A stretch of 58,603 bases of DNA, filler included, from Sphacelaria rigidula (GCA_964200075.2; 5 parts of 5 records of this genome joined end to end with filler, not necessarily neighbours in it), one strand, 5' to 3'; counted from the first letter of the whole stretch, positions 1-12,489 are shown. Made by a program: numbers and translations. Notes: generated by a model not told the origin, from the sequence alone.

Positions 1-16
1 CCCCCCCATGTAGTCA

Positions 17-980
17 GGCCGTGTCTTTGCACATCATTTTAAAATCGAAAATGTGCGGTGCGAAACAAAAATTCCGATCTGATGGGTCGTGATTTTCACC
101 ATCTTCGAAACATACGACGATCGTTGAAGTTACGATCCATCATATATATCGTAGTTTTCCTTGTCCACCGCACATTGTCATTCGACACAAAGTGTGCCAA
201 GGGCGTGTCCTAGCACATTACTTTTTTATCGAGAGTGTGCGGTGGAAAAAACAAAAATCACGACCTATCAGGTCGGGATTTTTGTTTTCCACGGCACTTT
301 TACGATCGAAAAATGATGTCAGGCTACTTATTATGTGTAAAACAATACAACCTGTTGAAAAGTGCATTTTTGGCTCTTCTCCGTCGTTTTTCCCCCGAAA
401 AGAGGGCTAGGCGGATGTTGACACCTTGGAATGACTTGCTTTAATCGCTGAGTCCGTTCCAGATCACCTTTGCTTTTTCCGTAGGTCACGGTTTCGTTTT
501 TGGCCAGACTTGTACTTTCAATAAAAAACGGTCAAGTTACCAAAAAAATGTCACTCTTCCCCCCTGTTTTTTTTATAACTTTGTCGTTTTTTATTGAAAA
601 TTCAAGTTTGGCCACAAACGAAACCGTGACCTACGGAAAAAGCAAAGGTGATCTGGAACGGACTCAGCGAGTAGAGCAAGTCATTCCAAGGTGTCAGCAT
701 CCGCCTAGCCCTCTTTTCGGGGGAAAAACGACGGAGAAGGGTCAAAAATGCACTCTTCAACATATATTTTTTTAATACATAAGAAGTAGCCTAACATTGG
801 TTTTCGATCGAAAATGCGCGGTGGAGAACAAAAATCCCGATCTGATGGGTCGTAATTTTAACCATTATCGAAAAGTTTGAAGATGGTTGAAATCACGACC
901 CATCAGATCGAGATTTTTGTTTTGCACCGCACAATTTCGATCGAAAATTCATGTGTTAAGACACGGCCTAAGACACGGCC
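17..980. mobile_element. Foldback MITE, PIF/Harbinger-like (GGCC termini, 3-bp TCA TSD)
   Basis: TCA|GGCCGTGTCTT at the left end and AAGACACGGCC|TCA at the right end. The internal arms (~330-545 vs ~575-790) are inverted copies. The terminal 12-mer TAAGACACGGCC is duplicated at 957-980. No coding capacity. Confidence 0.8.
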
Positions 981-1099
981 TCAGGGCCCGCGGCTACCAA
1001 CGTGCAGTACAACCAACCATGGCCCCCACATAATTGATTCTTTACCCCCGCATTTGCCATTCACAAGCAAACACGCGCAACCAACCAACGACCAAGCCC

Positions 1100-1920
1100 G
1101 ACCTGTTGTTCCGAACAGAAAAAAAAAAAATCGAGTCTGTCCGTACTCGACACCAACCATGTCGAAACATCCAACTTCTCTGCGTTTTTTCGGGTAAATA
1201 AATGTGTGACGATTTTGTCTTGTTGTTTTTCGGCTCTTGCCGCCACCAACAGGCACAGTAGTAGCCTGGAATAAAAGAAGGATGTTTTCTTCTCAAAGCA
1301 CATCACAGTATACAATAGATATCGCCCAACATTCCTGTCTCAAGAAGCAGAGTCTCATGTTGCCATCTACAATCAGTCCATCTGCCACGAACGAGACATA
1401 CTCTCGACCACAGCGTGTGTGCGCCCTGTCTCTCTCTCGAGAGAGGGATGGTGGGCAATACAAGACTATTAATAGAGGTATCTCAAACTTGTGTCCCCGG
1501 TTTCCTGGTTTATATCGCTGGCTCCGGGTTTTGTACTATTTTTTTCAAGTGAAAGTGATGGCGACTCATAGGAGGCCCTGACCTGGCGGTCAAAGGATCT
1601 CATCATCTCATGAATCGCCATCACGTTCACTTGAAAAAAAATAACAAAACAAAACCAGGAAACCGGGAACCGAGTTTGAGATACCTCTAATAACATGAGA
1701 CGTGCTTTGACACGAACATAACCATACATTTTCCCCGGCTTGCCTGTCGTTGGTAGCAAGAGCCGACATATACGGAAATACAAAATCGTCACACATCTTT
1801 TTTACCTTCTCCGAAAACTCGGACCAGTTGTGTGTTTTCACATGGTTGGTGCGTCGAGCACGGGCAGATTCGAAAAAGTATTTTCCCTGAAAAAAAATAA
1901 CACATCGAGCTTGGTTTGTA
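1100..1920. repeat. Older diverged inverted-repeat pair (~1100-1255 and ~1740-1920) enclosing a younger MITE
   Basis: ACCAACCATG...ATGTGTGACGATTTTGT...TCGGCTCTTGC...ACAGGC reappears reverse-complemented at 1743-1860. Confidence 0.55.
1475..1687. mobile_element. 213-bp MITE with GAGGTATCTCAAACT terminal inverted repeats
   Basis: TA|GAGGTATCTCAAACT ... AGTTTGAGATACCTC|TA, and the inverted similarity extends inward. The same terminus occurs alone near 44441. Confidence 0.75.
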
Positions 1921-2369
1921 TGAGTGTGTGTGTGTGTACGTGTTATTGTTCTCACTTCCGCAATCTTCCCGTTCCTCGGGACCAGTTCGTGGTTCTCGGA
2001 GGGATCGACCCATCATTCCCCCCCCCGGTGGTACACGGCTTGCATCGTATCGAGGACCGGGACCAGCACTTCTCCTGCACCGCGTCGACTGTCGTGTAAC
2101 AAACTCAGCCGAACAGAGACCACTGTTTCTACTCACATACGTCCTCACACTTTCAAAAACGGGAGTCAGATTTTTTTTTCAAGAAAAAAAAAAAGCCAGA
2201 TTTAACGCATCTAGCGGGAACCGAACCCGCGCGTTTTCCCCGCCCTGATGGTGTCACTTGTACCATTATGCCACCCGATCGCTGCAAGATTGTGAACGGC
2301 AAATAAATAAATACACGGATAGATATTGAACTATTGCGCATTGGGAAACCGCGCGCTCTGACTATGTAA

Positions 2370-2684
2370 GACCATTTTTTATGGCAACCAATCCGTATTT
2401 GTACAAATATGAGGATTTCAGCCCGTCTACAGGCGATTTCATCTTGTGGATTGGTTTTTCGGACCCCAGTCCGTTGCGCAATGGTTTTTGGCCAGCTCTG
2501 AGAAAACCATATAGTCAACGGTCAGGGGATCGGAGAATTGATTTGGTTTCCTCACAGCTAGCCGAAAAACAATTCTCAACGGATTGGGGTCCGAAAAATC
2601 AATCCACGAGATGAAATCGCCTGTAGACGGGCTGAAATCCTCATGTTTGTACAAATACGGATTGGTTACCATAAAAAAATGGTC
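2370..2684. mobile_element. Near-perfect ~315-bp hairpin MITE
   Basis: GACCATTTTTTATGGCAACCAATCCGTATTTGTACAAA... pairs with ...TTTGTACAAATACGGATTGGTTACCATAAAAAAATGGTC over more than 100 bp. The TSD is ambiguous (TAA/CAA). Confidence 0.8.
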
Positions 2685-3638
2685 CAAGGGACTTGAATGA
2701 TCGCTCTTTCGCGCATGATGGCCTCATGATGAGGCGAAAATATGTGTGTACTTTTTTTTGTCGGTCAGAATGTTCAAACTTTACAGGCTGGTTGACGCTT
2801 GTCACCCAAAAATGTGTAATCAGCGAATGTCTTTTCGCAAGACCTACCCCAATGGTCGCATACAGTACACGATGTCATCTTGACCATCATGGACAGCTAA
2901 GGAGCGTGACATAAACCAGATTTGTGTTTAAGGTCACACCAAGGGCGAAAAGGTAACTCGACAAATTAGCGCCCTTCAAAATGTTCTGAAATTGAAAATA
3001 CGAATTCCAAGCCCGATTTCCACCCAATCTCCACACGCTTCAAATCGTAGTGACCGCTCACAGCTCGGGAATCTAACGGAAAAATCGGATTTGAAACGGT
3101 TTCTACGGGGTTGAGTTATACCCAAAACCATAGTGTTTCGGTAGTGTGAGATTTTGGTGTGGTCTATATTCCGTTGATGATACGCACGAAAGATCCAGGA
3201 AGCCTCGTGACGGTTTCCCTCATGTCTGTCGTAGAAAAGCTCAGATCGTCCTCAAACTTGGCGGTTCCGTAGACATTGATGCCTAGAATGGAAAAATTGC
3301 ATTTTTGACAGTAAAGTTTCAAATTTTCTCCGTTCTCTACCGCCTTCCCGGGGTCCCAGTGTGGAGACCCCCAGAAGGCGGTACAGAATGCCTCAAAAAC
3401 AAAAAAGTGCATCCTGGCGTAGTCCAAGGAACATATGTACAAATTTTGGTCGAGAAGCTCCAAAACCTCATACAGTTATTCTCGCCTTCACGTTAAATCA
3501 ACCCAAAAAAGACGTTTTTATACTAAAATCAAGTAGTTAGGAGTTTGGACGTTTCAAGCTCGCGTCATCGCACAAACGCGCAAAACTTCACGACATGTTT
3601 TAGGAGTTAGATGCTGAAACCCTGCATAAATGTGCAAT

Positions 3639-3816
3639 GGGTCATGACGCAACTTTCGATGAACGAGTTTTTTTGTTCACTTTCCAACTTTTTTTTATCG
3701 TTTTCGGGGGTCCGACGGGATTCAAGTTTCCCCCCAAACCCTGGGACCCCGAAAAACGGTAAAAAAAGTCAAGAAGTGAAGATAAAAATCGACCATCGAA
3801 AGTTGCGTAATGACCC
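3639..3816. mobile_element. Small hairpin MITE with GGGTCA...TGACCC termini
   Basis: GGGTCATGACGCAACTTTCGATG ... CATCGAAAGTTGCGTAATGACCC inverted repeat. Confidence 0.65.
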
Positions 3817-3994
3817 ATAGCAAAATCGTGCAAAATTTCAGGGTTTAACTCGTAAAAACGGCGTAAAGTTTTGCGGATGAGTGTTTTTCTAGCCTGATTA
3901 GCGGTAATCAGTCTGTATGCCCCTTCCAGTCCATGCACTGCCCCGCTATTTTTGAAAAAACTGTCAATAATTATACTTCGATAGTGAAATTTAC

Positions 3995-4178
3995 CTGCAG
4001 ACGGGTGTTCATCTCGCAGAAGAAAAACTCTTGGGTCCGCGTGTCCATTAAGAATTCTACCGTTCCGGCCCCGACATACCCCACGGCCTTGGCTGCCCGC
4101 ACGGCCGCTAGTCCCAGCTCCGCCCTGGTCGCGTCGCAGAGTCCCGGAGCCGGAGCTTCCTCGAGGACCTTCTGATGC
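3995..4178 (-). CDS. MCCC1: 3-methylcrotonyl-CoA carboxylase alpha subunit, biotin carboxylase domain exon (4th visible)
   Basis: CAG acceptor and GTAAAT donor. Reads (R)[61 protein letters not shown], containing the conserved biotin carboxylase motifs GAGTVEF and EMNTRLQ. Not captured in this frame by the ORF track. Confidence 0.93.
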
Positions 4179-5373
4179 CTGCGAGAGCATTACACGAGAG
4201 CCATCAGCAAAAAAAAAGGTACGAGACTAAGTTGGTTGCGACCAGACGTTGACGCGGTGCGGGGAGTGCTGATAGTCATGACCCAATAATCCGCGAGACC
4301 AAAATGCAAGGCGTGTACAGGGGGGAGAGCTGGGTTGATCCCTTGAGGCCACTTACTCGTTCCGAGGAGGGGGAGGGTTTCAAATTTAGACAAAGAGAAA
4401 ATAAATAAATTACAGCGCTCGGGAATCGTGAAAGATCAGCGCTAGGGTACGCGTGAAAAAGGCTATAGCGCTCGACAGACGCGAAAAATGTACTATCAGC
4501 ATTACTACTGGTGTGAGTCCAATTGTCAGCGAATCGGATATCCAGGTGTGGCGCAGAAGGAGATGGGCCACGGTTGCACGCAGCTCAACTCGCTCACGGT
4601 TGTTTCAGGCAGGCCAACTGGCTCTTTGAGCTCTTCCTTTTTTTTTTTCCTTTTCAAGAAGCGGCCAAGGCCCTCCAAGGTTCTCTCCGCAGAGCAGGAA
4701 CAGAGATAGGAAAAAGCATGTTGAGCAAAGACGGGTGATTTGCTGTTGGCACCTTTACTGCTGGGTAAGGGATAGGTAGGTACCTTTGCGCTGGGGGGGG
4801 GGGGGGGCAAGGTACAGGGCATGGGTGAAATATTTAGTGTTACTTTGGCTGGTGAGAACATTTGTTGTTTTACGTCATACTCTTATCTTAACCCCTCCCC
4901 TTCCTCGGGACGAGTCCGTAATCGTACAGTTGCAAGGGATCAACTAATCTCTCCCCCGGCACCTACTTTATATCTTGTTGCCGAGGATTGATTGTATCAC
5001 CACTCCCGCACTACCACACCCTCGACTCTCTTCGGATGTGTTCTGCTACTTGCGCCCCAGTGCTTCTTTACGACGGAAACCATACAATACAGCTAGAAAA
5101 AAAGGTATTAAATATGTCGGGGTTCTAATCGGCAGCCTTCCGCGCCAGCTGCCCATCGATGTTCCAGTTGGATCTTCGGGGCTGGAGTATGATTATAAGT
5201 AGTACGATATTTGGTTTATCATGTCACGAGAGTTTTTTTTTTTTTTCACATCCTCCTTGGTGGATCAATGAATTCCCCATACTCCAACTACAGTAAAACT
5301 GATTTGCACTACTGCTGTTCGACTCATGATAGGTTTTTACTTCAAATCATCTCATTTTCTTCTCCATGTTCAC

Positions 5374-5472
5374 CTTCGCTGCACGGAGCAGTCTCGCTCG
5401 AACAAGTGGACGGCGTTCCCTAGGGTGTCTCCGAAGACCTGTACTTCAACGTGTCGAGGCTCGCTCACGTAC
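5374..5472 (-). CDS. MCCC1: 3-methylcrotonyl-CoA carboxylase alpha subunit exon (3rd visible)
   Basis: Reads (R)[32 protein letters not shown](R), with RHVEVQ and ERDCSVQRR motifs. 99 nt, phase 2 at both ends, matching both neighbours. Confidence 0.93.
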
Positions 5473-5969
5473 CTCCAGTCAGTGGATATGTTAGTCGACC
5501 CGTCGCAACATGCCAAAAAAAATATACACACAGCAGGGACATGAAAGACAGAGAGACAGGCAGAGAGAGCGACAGTAAGAAACACGGAGAATGACACGAG
5601 GTAAGGAGGGCAGGGGAGCCAAGAGGGACGTAAACAGAGCGTCTTAGGAGCAGCAACAGACCGAAGGCAGAGAACCGAGAAGCTGAAATATTCCGAGCTC
5701 TTGTTGGAACCACACCTACTCCAATGGAACTAGGGTTGGGACCGGAGCTCCGAGAACGGTCAAGTCGCGCTCTGGGGGAAGGGGGGGAGAAGAAGTGGGG
5801 GGGCACGGGGGGTTTCCACGAGTAGCAACGGATGCGGAGCTCAAACAAAATACTGGCCTCTGTCTAACTGTCTTGAGTAAAGGACACATTTGCACTCTAA
5901 AATTGCAAAAGACGAGAGGGAGGGGTACTGACATAAAAAAGAAGATGGTGAGGGGGTGGGTGGAGTATT

Positions 5970-6300
5970 CGATTTTATTTTATTTCATTGTCGCACTTTA
6001 ACTGCTCCCCCCAGGGATCCAGCCGTGGTCACACGATGATAGGCGTACCTAAGAAGAAAAAAAACTGAAACACTCGCTGAAGAAAAAAAAGGAAACAGAA
6101 AAAGTCGAACAGAACGACATAGTAGACTAAGATAAGATGAATAAAAAATCAAAAAAAGTAAAGCACAGAAAGAAATGGCCGATTGAAAACAAACAGGAAA
6201 AGACATGAAAAAAAAAAGGGGGTGGGGGAGGACGGAGGTTAAGAGGGTACTCAAAGCAAAAAGGACAGTAATCGATATGAATGCGGAAAGCCCCTGCACC
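5970..6300 (-). mobile_element. 5'-truncated LINE/SINE 3' end (GACCACGGCTGG...GTGCGACAAT family)
   Basis: The minus strand reads T-rich UTR, then GGTACGCCTATCAT...GACCACGGCTGGATCCCTGGGGGAGCAGTTAAAGTGCGACAAT, then an (AAAAT)n tail. Related copies occur in contigs 2 and 3. Confidence 0.65.
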
Positions 6301-6986
6301 ATGTGCTGTCTCTTCACTTTCCTCCGGTTGTCCCCCCAAAAATAAATCCAGAGAAACGGAACACAGGAGGTACCCGCCCCGCCCCCCCCCCCAAAGTCTC
6401 TCAGGGTCGGCGTCGGGTGGCAACGACGCTGAAAAAAAGGTCACTCACTGCGTAAGCTAGACAACCAGGTTTCCGTTTATTTTTCGCCTGCGTTTATTTT
6501 CGCGGTAACTATGATGGTGGTCGAGTTAGATCATATTGTGCGGGGTAAAGAACCTCAACTCCACGGTAAGGGAATGATCATGCTACGCAGTGTTTAAATG
6601 GTGAGACTCCCATGAGGCAGTGAAACCCATGGCTGTCTCAGCAAGTGGCAAGACCAGGAAACGCAGCAACTCGTTCGAGGCTGCCATCCATGTGCAAGAT
6701 AAATCAAAACGCTTTGGGTCGAGGGATCTTGGCAGGATGTAGGTCACCCCTCATGCGATTCGCCGTACACATCACGGCGCTTCGCGCTTGGTGATAGCGA
6801 GCCTGGTCCGGCAAAAACTCCGGTGCGCTCCGTCCCCCCTGTGTAGGGATGCGAGGTCAATGATCACACGATTACGGCATGCAAGATCATGAGCACCCCC
6901 CCACCCCCTGGAATGATGCTACAGCCGCTCAGTGGCACTTTTCTGTCCACCTCGCCGACCTGCATGTCGCTCACACACGTTCGCAC

Positions 6987-7150
6987 CTCTCGAGCAACAT
7001 GCGATCGTCCGCGAATCCAGCCGAAGCCTCTCGCCTACACGCCTCCAAAGCTGCGTCGAAACCCTCGGGCGAGTCCACCAATCGCATCCCCTTTCCGCCA
7101 CCTCCCATGACGGCCTTGATCATTAGCGGATAGCCTATTCTCTCTGCCTC
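6987..7150 (-). CDS. MCCC1: 3-methylcrotonyl-CoA carboxylase alpha subunit exon (2nd visible, ATP-grasp loop)
   Basis: CAG acceptor and GTGCGA donor. Reads [54 protein letters not shown](R), with the [14 protein letters not shown] motif. Confidence 0.95.
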
Positions 7151-7315
7151 CTGGGAACGTACAGTAGAGCAGAGCGAAAGAGAAGCTGAAAGCTGTGATG
7201 ACCGGCGAGGAAGCTGGGTCATGGGGGGGGGGGGGGGGGGGGGNNNNNNNNNCTCACCCCGCAACGGGGGGGATGGGAAAAAAAGGAGGAAAAAAGAAGG
7301 AGAAGGGTGGAGGGG

Positions 7316-7355
<40 letters not shown>

Positions 7356-7731
7356 CTTTGGTGTACTGAGTTCGAGCATCAAACACGTACGAAAATAATG
7401 TCACGTACGATGTTGGTCACCCGGAAAACTCGCCACTACTGTACAGCCCTGTACCATCACTTCAGACGGTAATCAAACAACTTTGATTTAAATGATATTT
7501 TTATCTGAATATATATATATATGTGTGTGTGCCCGTGAAAGCAACTGGTGGATAACATACAGTATTGCCTATTCTCTCTGCCTCCTGGGAACGTACAGTA
7601 GAGCAGAGCGAAAGAGAAGCTGAAAGCTGTGATGACCGGCGAGGAAGCTGGGTCATGGGGGGGGGGGGGGGGGGTTTGGTGTACTGGGTTTGGGNNNNNN
7701 NNNNAGAAGAGAGGGAAAGAAAGGGGAAGAG

Positions 7732-7792
<61 letters not shown>

Positions 7793-8003
7793 CTTTGGTG
7801 TACTGAGTTCGAGCATCAAACACGTACGAAAATAATCTCACGTACGATGTTGGTCACCCGGAAAAATCGCCACTACTGTACAGCCCTGTACTATCACTTC
7901 AGACGGTAATCAAACAACTTTGATTTAAATGATATTTTTATCTGAATATATATATATATATGTGTGTGTGCCCGTGAAAGCAACTGGTGGATAACATACA
8001 GTA
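7133..8003. repeat. ~435-bp tandem duplication spanning an MCCC1 acceptor site and poly-G tracts
   Basis: 7133-7564 is repeated at 7567-8003 with at least three substitutions. Both copies contain an N gap. Confidence 0.75.
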
Positions 8004-8394
8004 GATACATGTACTGTCTTCTGGATGAGAAACGGAAAGGGAGGCGACAGTTACAGAACCTTCGCCGCCCCCCACCTTCACATGCAACCCGTAATCAGTG
8101 GACGAGTCGACGTACCATTTTTGGTGCGGAAGAAAAACTATCGTGTACTGTATGCAACAAAATCCCCCCCCCCGGCAGCAATGTACACCAACCTGCCTGC
8201 CTACCATAACATGTCCTTCAGTCGCGCTATCTAAGGTGACGGCATTCAAGCCATTGCACGGGAAGAGGCGAAGCGAAATAGCCCTTCTCGTTCGTGCTGA
8301 AAACAGTACTCCGGAGTAAAACAAAACAAAAAACTGTTACGTGTGATTCGCACTCCTTTAATCACGACAGCAACCGCTCCCAGCGCCAACGTAC

Positions 8395-8604
8395 CTGCTT
8401 CAGAAAACTTCCCCCCTGTTGTTCTCCGTGGTAGCCCGGGCACACAGGCACCCCCGCGTCGGACATGACAGTCTTGGCCACGCTCTTGGAGCCCATGGCA
8501 TCGATTGCGTCCGGGGGGGGGCCGATGAACGTCACTCCAACCTCGGCACAGCGGCGCGAGAAGGCGGCGTTCTCGGACAGGAAGCCGTAGCCGGGATGTA
8601 ACGC
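8395..8604 (-). CDS. MCCC1: 3-methylcrotonyl-CoA carboxylase alpha subunit exon (1st visible; gene incomplete at both ends)
   Basis: CAG acceptor, GTACGT donor, 70 codons: [80 protein letters not shown] is the biotin carboxylase motif. MGSKS and PGYHGE.Q favour MCC alpha over propionyl-CoA or pyruvate carboxylase. Confidence 0.95.
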
Positions 8605-9702
8605 CTGTGTGTATGTCATATTCCAGTGTGAGTATGTCCTAATCTAGTGTATGTCCTATTCCAGTGTGAGTATGTTGCACTCCAGTGTGTCATATCCAGT
8701 GTGTCATACTCCACTATGGGTATGTCATGCTCCAGTGTCTGTGCTTCTGTGTGTTCGCGTGTCTTTTTCAGAATTCACCTGTTGTGATCTCGACATCTCG
8801 AGTATCGAATGCTTCAGTATTAGTTTGTTTTTGCTAAATATACAGGAGATGGATTTTACGCTTTTTATTGATCGATCAGAACGAAAAGGTGAAGAGGAAA
8901 GAGAGAGAGAGATAGGCAAAATGAACCTTTGTTTGCTTACGACGAAGGTAGTACAGTACAATAGTAGCACGTCAACACTACTTACCGTCCACATACACTT
9001 TTTCACGTAGCTTTGCTACCGCCGACAACCCAAACTCATATAAATCTGACGTTTTGAGGGATCATTTTCCCGTGAATATGGGAGAAGGACGCCCAGCACA
9101 ACAGAGTCTAACAGATCCACAGTAATTACCTATACCCTTTTCAGTCCACTACATGTTACCGTCGATATTATGTTCAAGTAGAAGCACATCAAACCGAGGT
9201 CAACACATTATGTTATGGTGCTGTTTGATGGCGGGTACGACAATCACCAGCTAGACACAGACACATTGAGCAACTGCAGTCACTATCCAGGAGGGGCGAC
9301 CATACCAAGTCAAATGCGCCCAACCTTGTTCCACCCACTCAAAAATGAAGCGTGCGTCGTACCAGCTAAGTAAGTACTACGGTGGGGCATTCGTTTGGCG
9401 TTATCTTCGACAACAACAACACCTTCTCGTCTCTGGCGATTCTTTATTTCGCCTGCACCTTTATCAATATATATATTTATATATATACACAACCGTGCGG
9501 TGTCTACTCCGAATAACGCGATCCTCCATGAGGCAGCCTTCCACTTTACGGCCATTTAAATCGGCTTGCACGATTGCTTCTCCAGTGGGTAGGACCCCAT
9601 CCACGCCAAGGCGTTAGAGTCCTACTACAGTATAAGGCGGTCGATTTTGTCCGCACTACTTGTATACCGCCACAAGGTGCCCCCACCGCCCCACCCCCCC
9701 CT

Positions 9703-11185
9703 TTTAATATTTTACAAGGAGTTGCACGAGGGTGGACGTTATCACCCACTTTGTTTAAGGTATTTATTCATCACCTGATAATAGCAACAGAAGCAGCAAC
9801 GCAAGGAGTCAAGGTGGGGGGAGATATGGTATCAGGATCGATATTCGCAGATGAATTTGTGGGGATTCCAGGAACCGCAGAAGGATTACAGAAACAGACA
9901 GAAAAAGCGCTAGAATACACTAGGAACTGGAGAGTGACAGGGAACGTTAACAAATGCGCGGTACTCGTCTGCAACAAACATGAGAGAAACCCGGTGGAGT
10001 TCAAATGCAAGAGGGGAAAAGAAGAACTGCCGATCGTAGACCAGTATACATACCTTGGCGTAGAGATCTAAAAAAACTGTTTTGGAGATGCAAACATGAA
10101 CAAAGTAAAAGAAAAGGGTAAGACACAGATAGGCAGGACGGACGTCACCCTTAGAGACTCGCACCCACATACTAGGATTAAGAGTTGTATCCTGATGAAC
10201 GTGATTGTACTAAAGCTGGAATATGCAGGAGAGGTATGAGAGGGGAACGTGAAGTTGGTGAAGAAGTTGGAAATAGTACAGATGGCAGCAACTAAGAAAA
10301 TACTTGGATGCTCGAAAATGACGAGTAGTGCAGTTTTGAGAGCAGAGTTGGGAACGTAACCACTTACAAGAAACAGACATGAGAAAATCGAGGTGGCAGC
10401 ATAGCGTGAAGAACATGAAGAGAAATATACTGCCAGCTATAGTTGATAGGGCTGTATGAAGGAAAAGTACGGAAGGGCATGCTGGAATAAGGTGGGATAG
10501 AGAAGTGGAGAAAGTATGGGAGAAGATAGAAGGAAACCAATACGAAATAATGACCAAGGTGAAGACGCGGGGTACAAGGCGAAAGTAGGAGATATGATAA
10601 ACATAAGGGGAAGAGAAGCGCCACGCGCAAAGTAGACGAGGAAGAACACCTGAAGACATACAAGGAGTTGAGAGAGGGGATGAGGGTGAAAACATTTTTG
10701 CATGGCCCAATGGACGCGGCGAAAAATCTGAAACTGCGATTTCGGGTAGGAGACCTGGACTTGCCAGAAATAAGAAAGAGATATAATACCAGTCGTCGAG
10801 AGGAGGAGGAAGTAGGTGGATAGAGATGCCTCTGTGGCAAAGCAATAGAGAGCAGAGCTCATATAGTGGCAGAATGTGAACTACACAAGGATGAACGGGA
10901 CGCGCTAAAGGGGGGAATGAGGGACGTGAACGAAGGTGGCATGGAATCGTCTGATGCATTAGACAGTAGCGAGAAAACGATGGCTATACAAGGAGATAAA
11001 TAGCGGCCACAGGCGGCGAAACAGGATGGGGATAAGGTATGCGAGACGTTTTGGTGTAATGTATGGAAGAAACGTGATGAACACCTAAATGTTGGAGGTG
11101 TCTCTATTAAAGAGTATGAAAGGTGCTCCGTCTCGAAAGGGATGCGTGGTCAATGGTCAAACGACTAAGGCAAGCAACGAACGAG
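9703..11185 (+). mobile_element. Decayed, 5'-truncated non-LTR retrotransposon (RT C-terminal half plus CCHC zinc knuckle)
   Basis: QGVARGWTLSPTLF, IFADEFVG (degenerate FADD) and YTYLGVEI, followed by stops and frameshifts. CLCGKAIESRAHIVAEC near 10827-10877 is a C-terminal CCHC motif. Confidence 0.9.
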
Positions 11186-11641
11186 CATGCCCCCTGCCCC
11201 CCTTCCCCTCTTCCCCCCGAACTACTACTTCCTGTATTCCGAAGCTCCGATGCTGTTCCTTCCAGTGATTCTGACAACGCTGCTTGCTCCCGTTTTTTTT
11301 GTACACAATGCACCTGCACAATATGGGATTCCCTATCTCAGGAGTAGAGCGGCGCGTGCACTGCGCCAAGTTGACGGGGTTCTAGTGGATCGGACCCCCA
11401 CACTGCCTGAGCAAAGCTTGGAAACGCTCGAGGCGCCTACCCCACATGACTACCGCGGGGCAGTCTAGCCGAGCCTCCGGGAAATCGGAACACGAACCCG
11501 CTTGCGGGGTAAGTGTTGGGTCAGGTTTCCACCCTCCTTCGAAGAAACAACCCCCCCCCCCCCCCCCCCCCCCCCCCCTTTTTCTTAATTTTTGCTTCCC
11601 CGCACGACCACCTCAAAAAAAACACTACTCCCCCCCTGTCA

Positions 11642-11741
11642 NNNNNNNNNNNNNNNNNNNNNNNNNNNNNNNNNNNNNNNNNNNNTTAATTAATTAANNN
11701 NNNNNNNNNNNNNNNNNNNNNNNNNNNNNNNNNNNNNNNNN
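11642..11741. other. Artificial contig spacer
   Basis: 44 N + TTAATTAATTAA + 44 N, with stops in all six frames. Confidence 0.98.
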
Positions 11742-12489
11742 TTTCCTTTTCCTTCACTCAACCAAATAAATTTGACGGCTTTTTCGTTTTTCCCCCAATG
11801 CCCCCCCCCCCCCCCCCCCTTCTTTCTTTCATCGATTTCATGCTCCAACTGCCACTACTTGTGTAGGAGGCCTGTTGAGCAAGCTATATATTTTTTCCTG
11901 CCGTCGACGGCATCCGGCGAGGTCGCTCAATCAGCCGGAGGACGGGGGACGGTGGTCATGAGCACGACTCTGACCTCAGTAGTTTCGTTTGGAGTCATAG
12001 CTGTGGCTGGTTGACATGGGTGCTTGCTAGTTAGGGGGAGCGCTATCGGATCGACGTACTGAACTAGGCGAGAGAGTGAAAGGCTTGTCGATCCCCCTTC
12101 ACCTTTCCGGGCTCAAAGCAGCAGTCATTCCCTGGTCAAGCAATGAAAAAATTGAAAAATGAACCTCTTCTTTTCGCGCACGTTTTCCACGAAGTGTCGA
12201 ACAGGTAGTACAGCACGGAAGATCCTCATATTTAATCCGTTTCAAAGTGAAACTGCGAGTATCGGGGGAGAGACAAGAGGTCTACCGGAGACCTCTGACA
12301 CAAGTATGGAGCAAGTCGTTCAAAGCTCTCCTAGTCTTCGGTTGCTGCAAAAAGTGTCTTCGAAGGGCTACAACGTAGGCATTCCCCATTTTGTGCGTGT
12401 GTGTGTATGTGTGAGTGCGTTCTTTTTTTCTGAGGTCGCAAACCCAAAAAAGAAAACGACGTTGATTGATTACATTTGTTTTTCTTCTC

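Noticed and set aside
7195..7909. Poly-Pro/poly-Gly ORFs and G-quadruplex-like tracts (also 21418-21465, 23490-23610, 55590-55800)
   Set aside because: These are translations of homopolymer G/C runs, mostly next to N gaps. Run lengths are unreliable and the runs are non-coding.
3995..8604. Alternative calls of acetyl-CoA, propionyl-CoA or pyruvate carboxylase
   Set aside because: MGSKS, PGYHGE.Q and [23 protein letters not shown] fit MCC alpha best. A phylogeny would be needed to exclude the others fully.
10210..10959. 249-aa minus-strand ORF
   Set aside because: It is the antisense shadow of the purine-rich LINE remnant.
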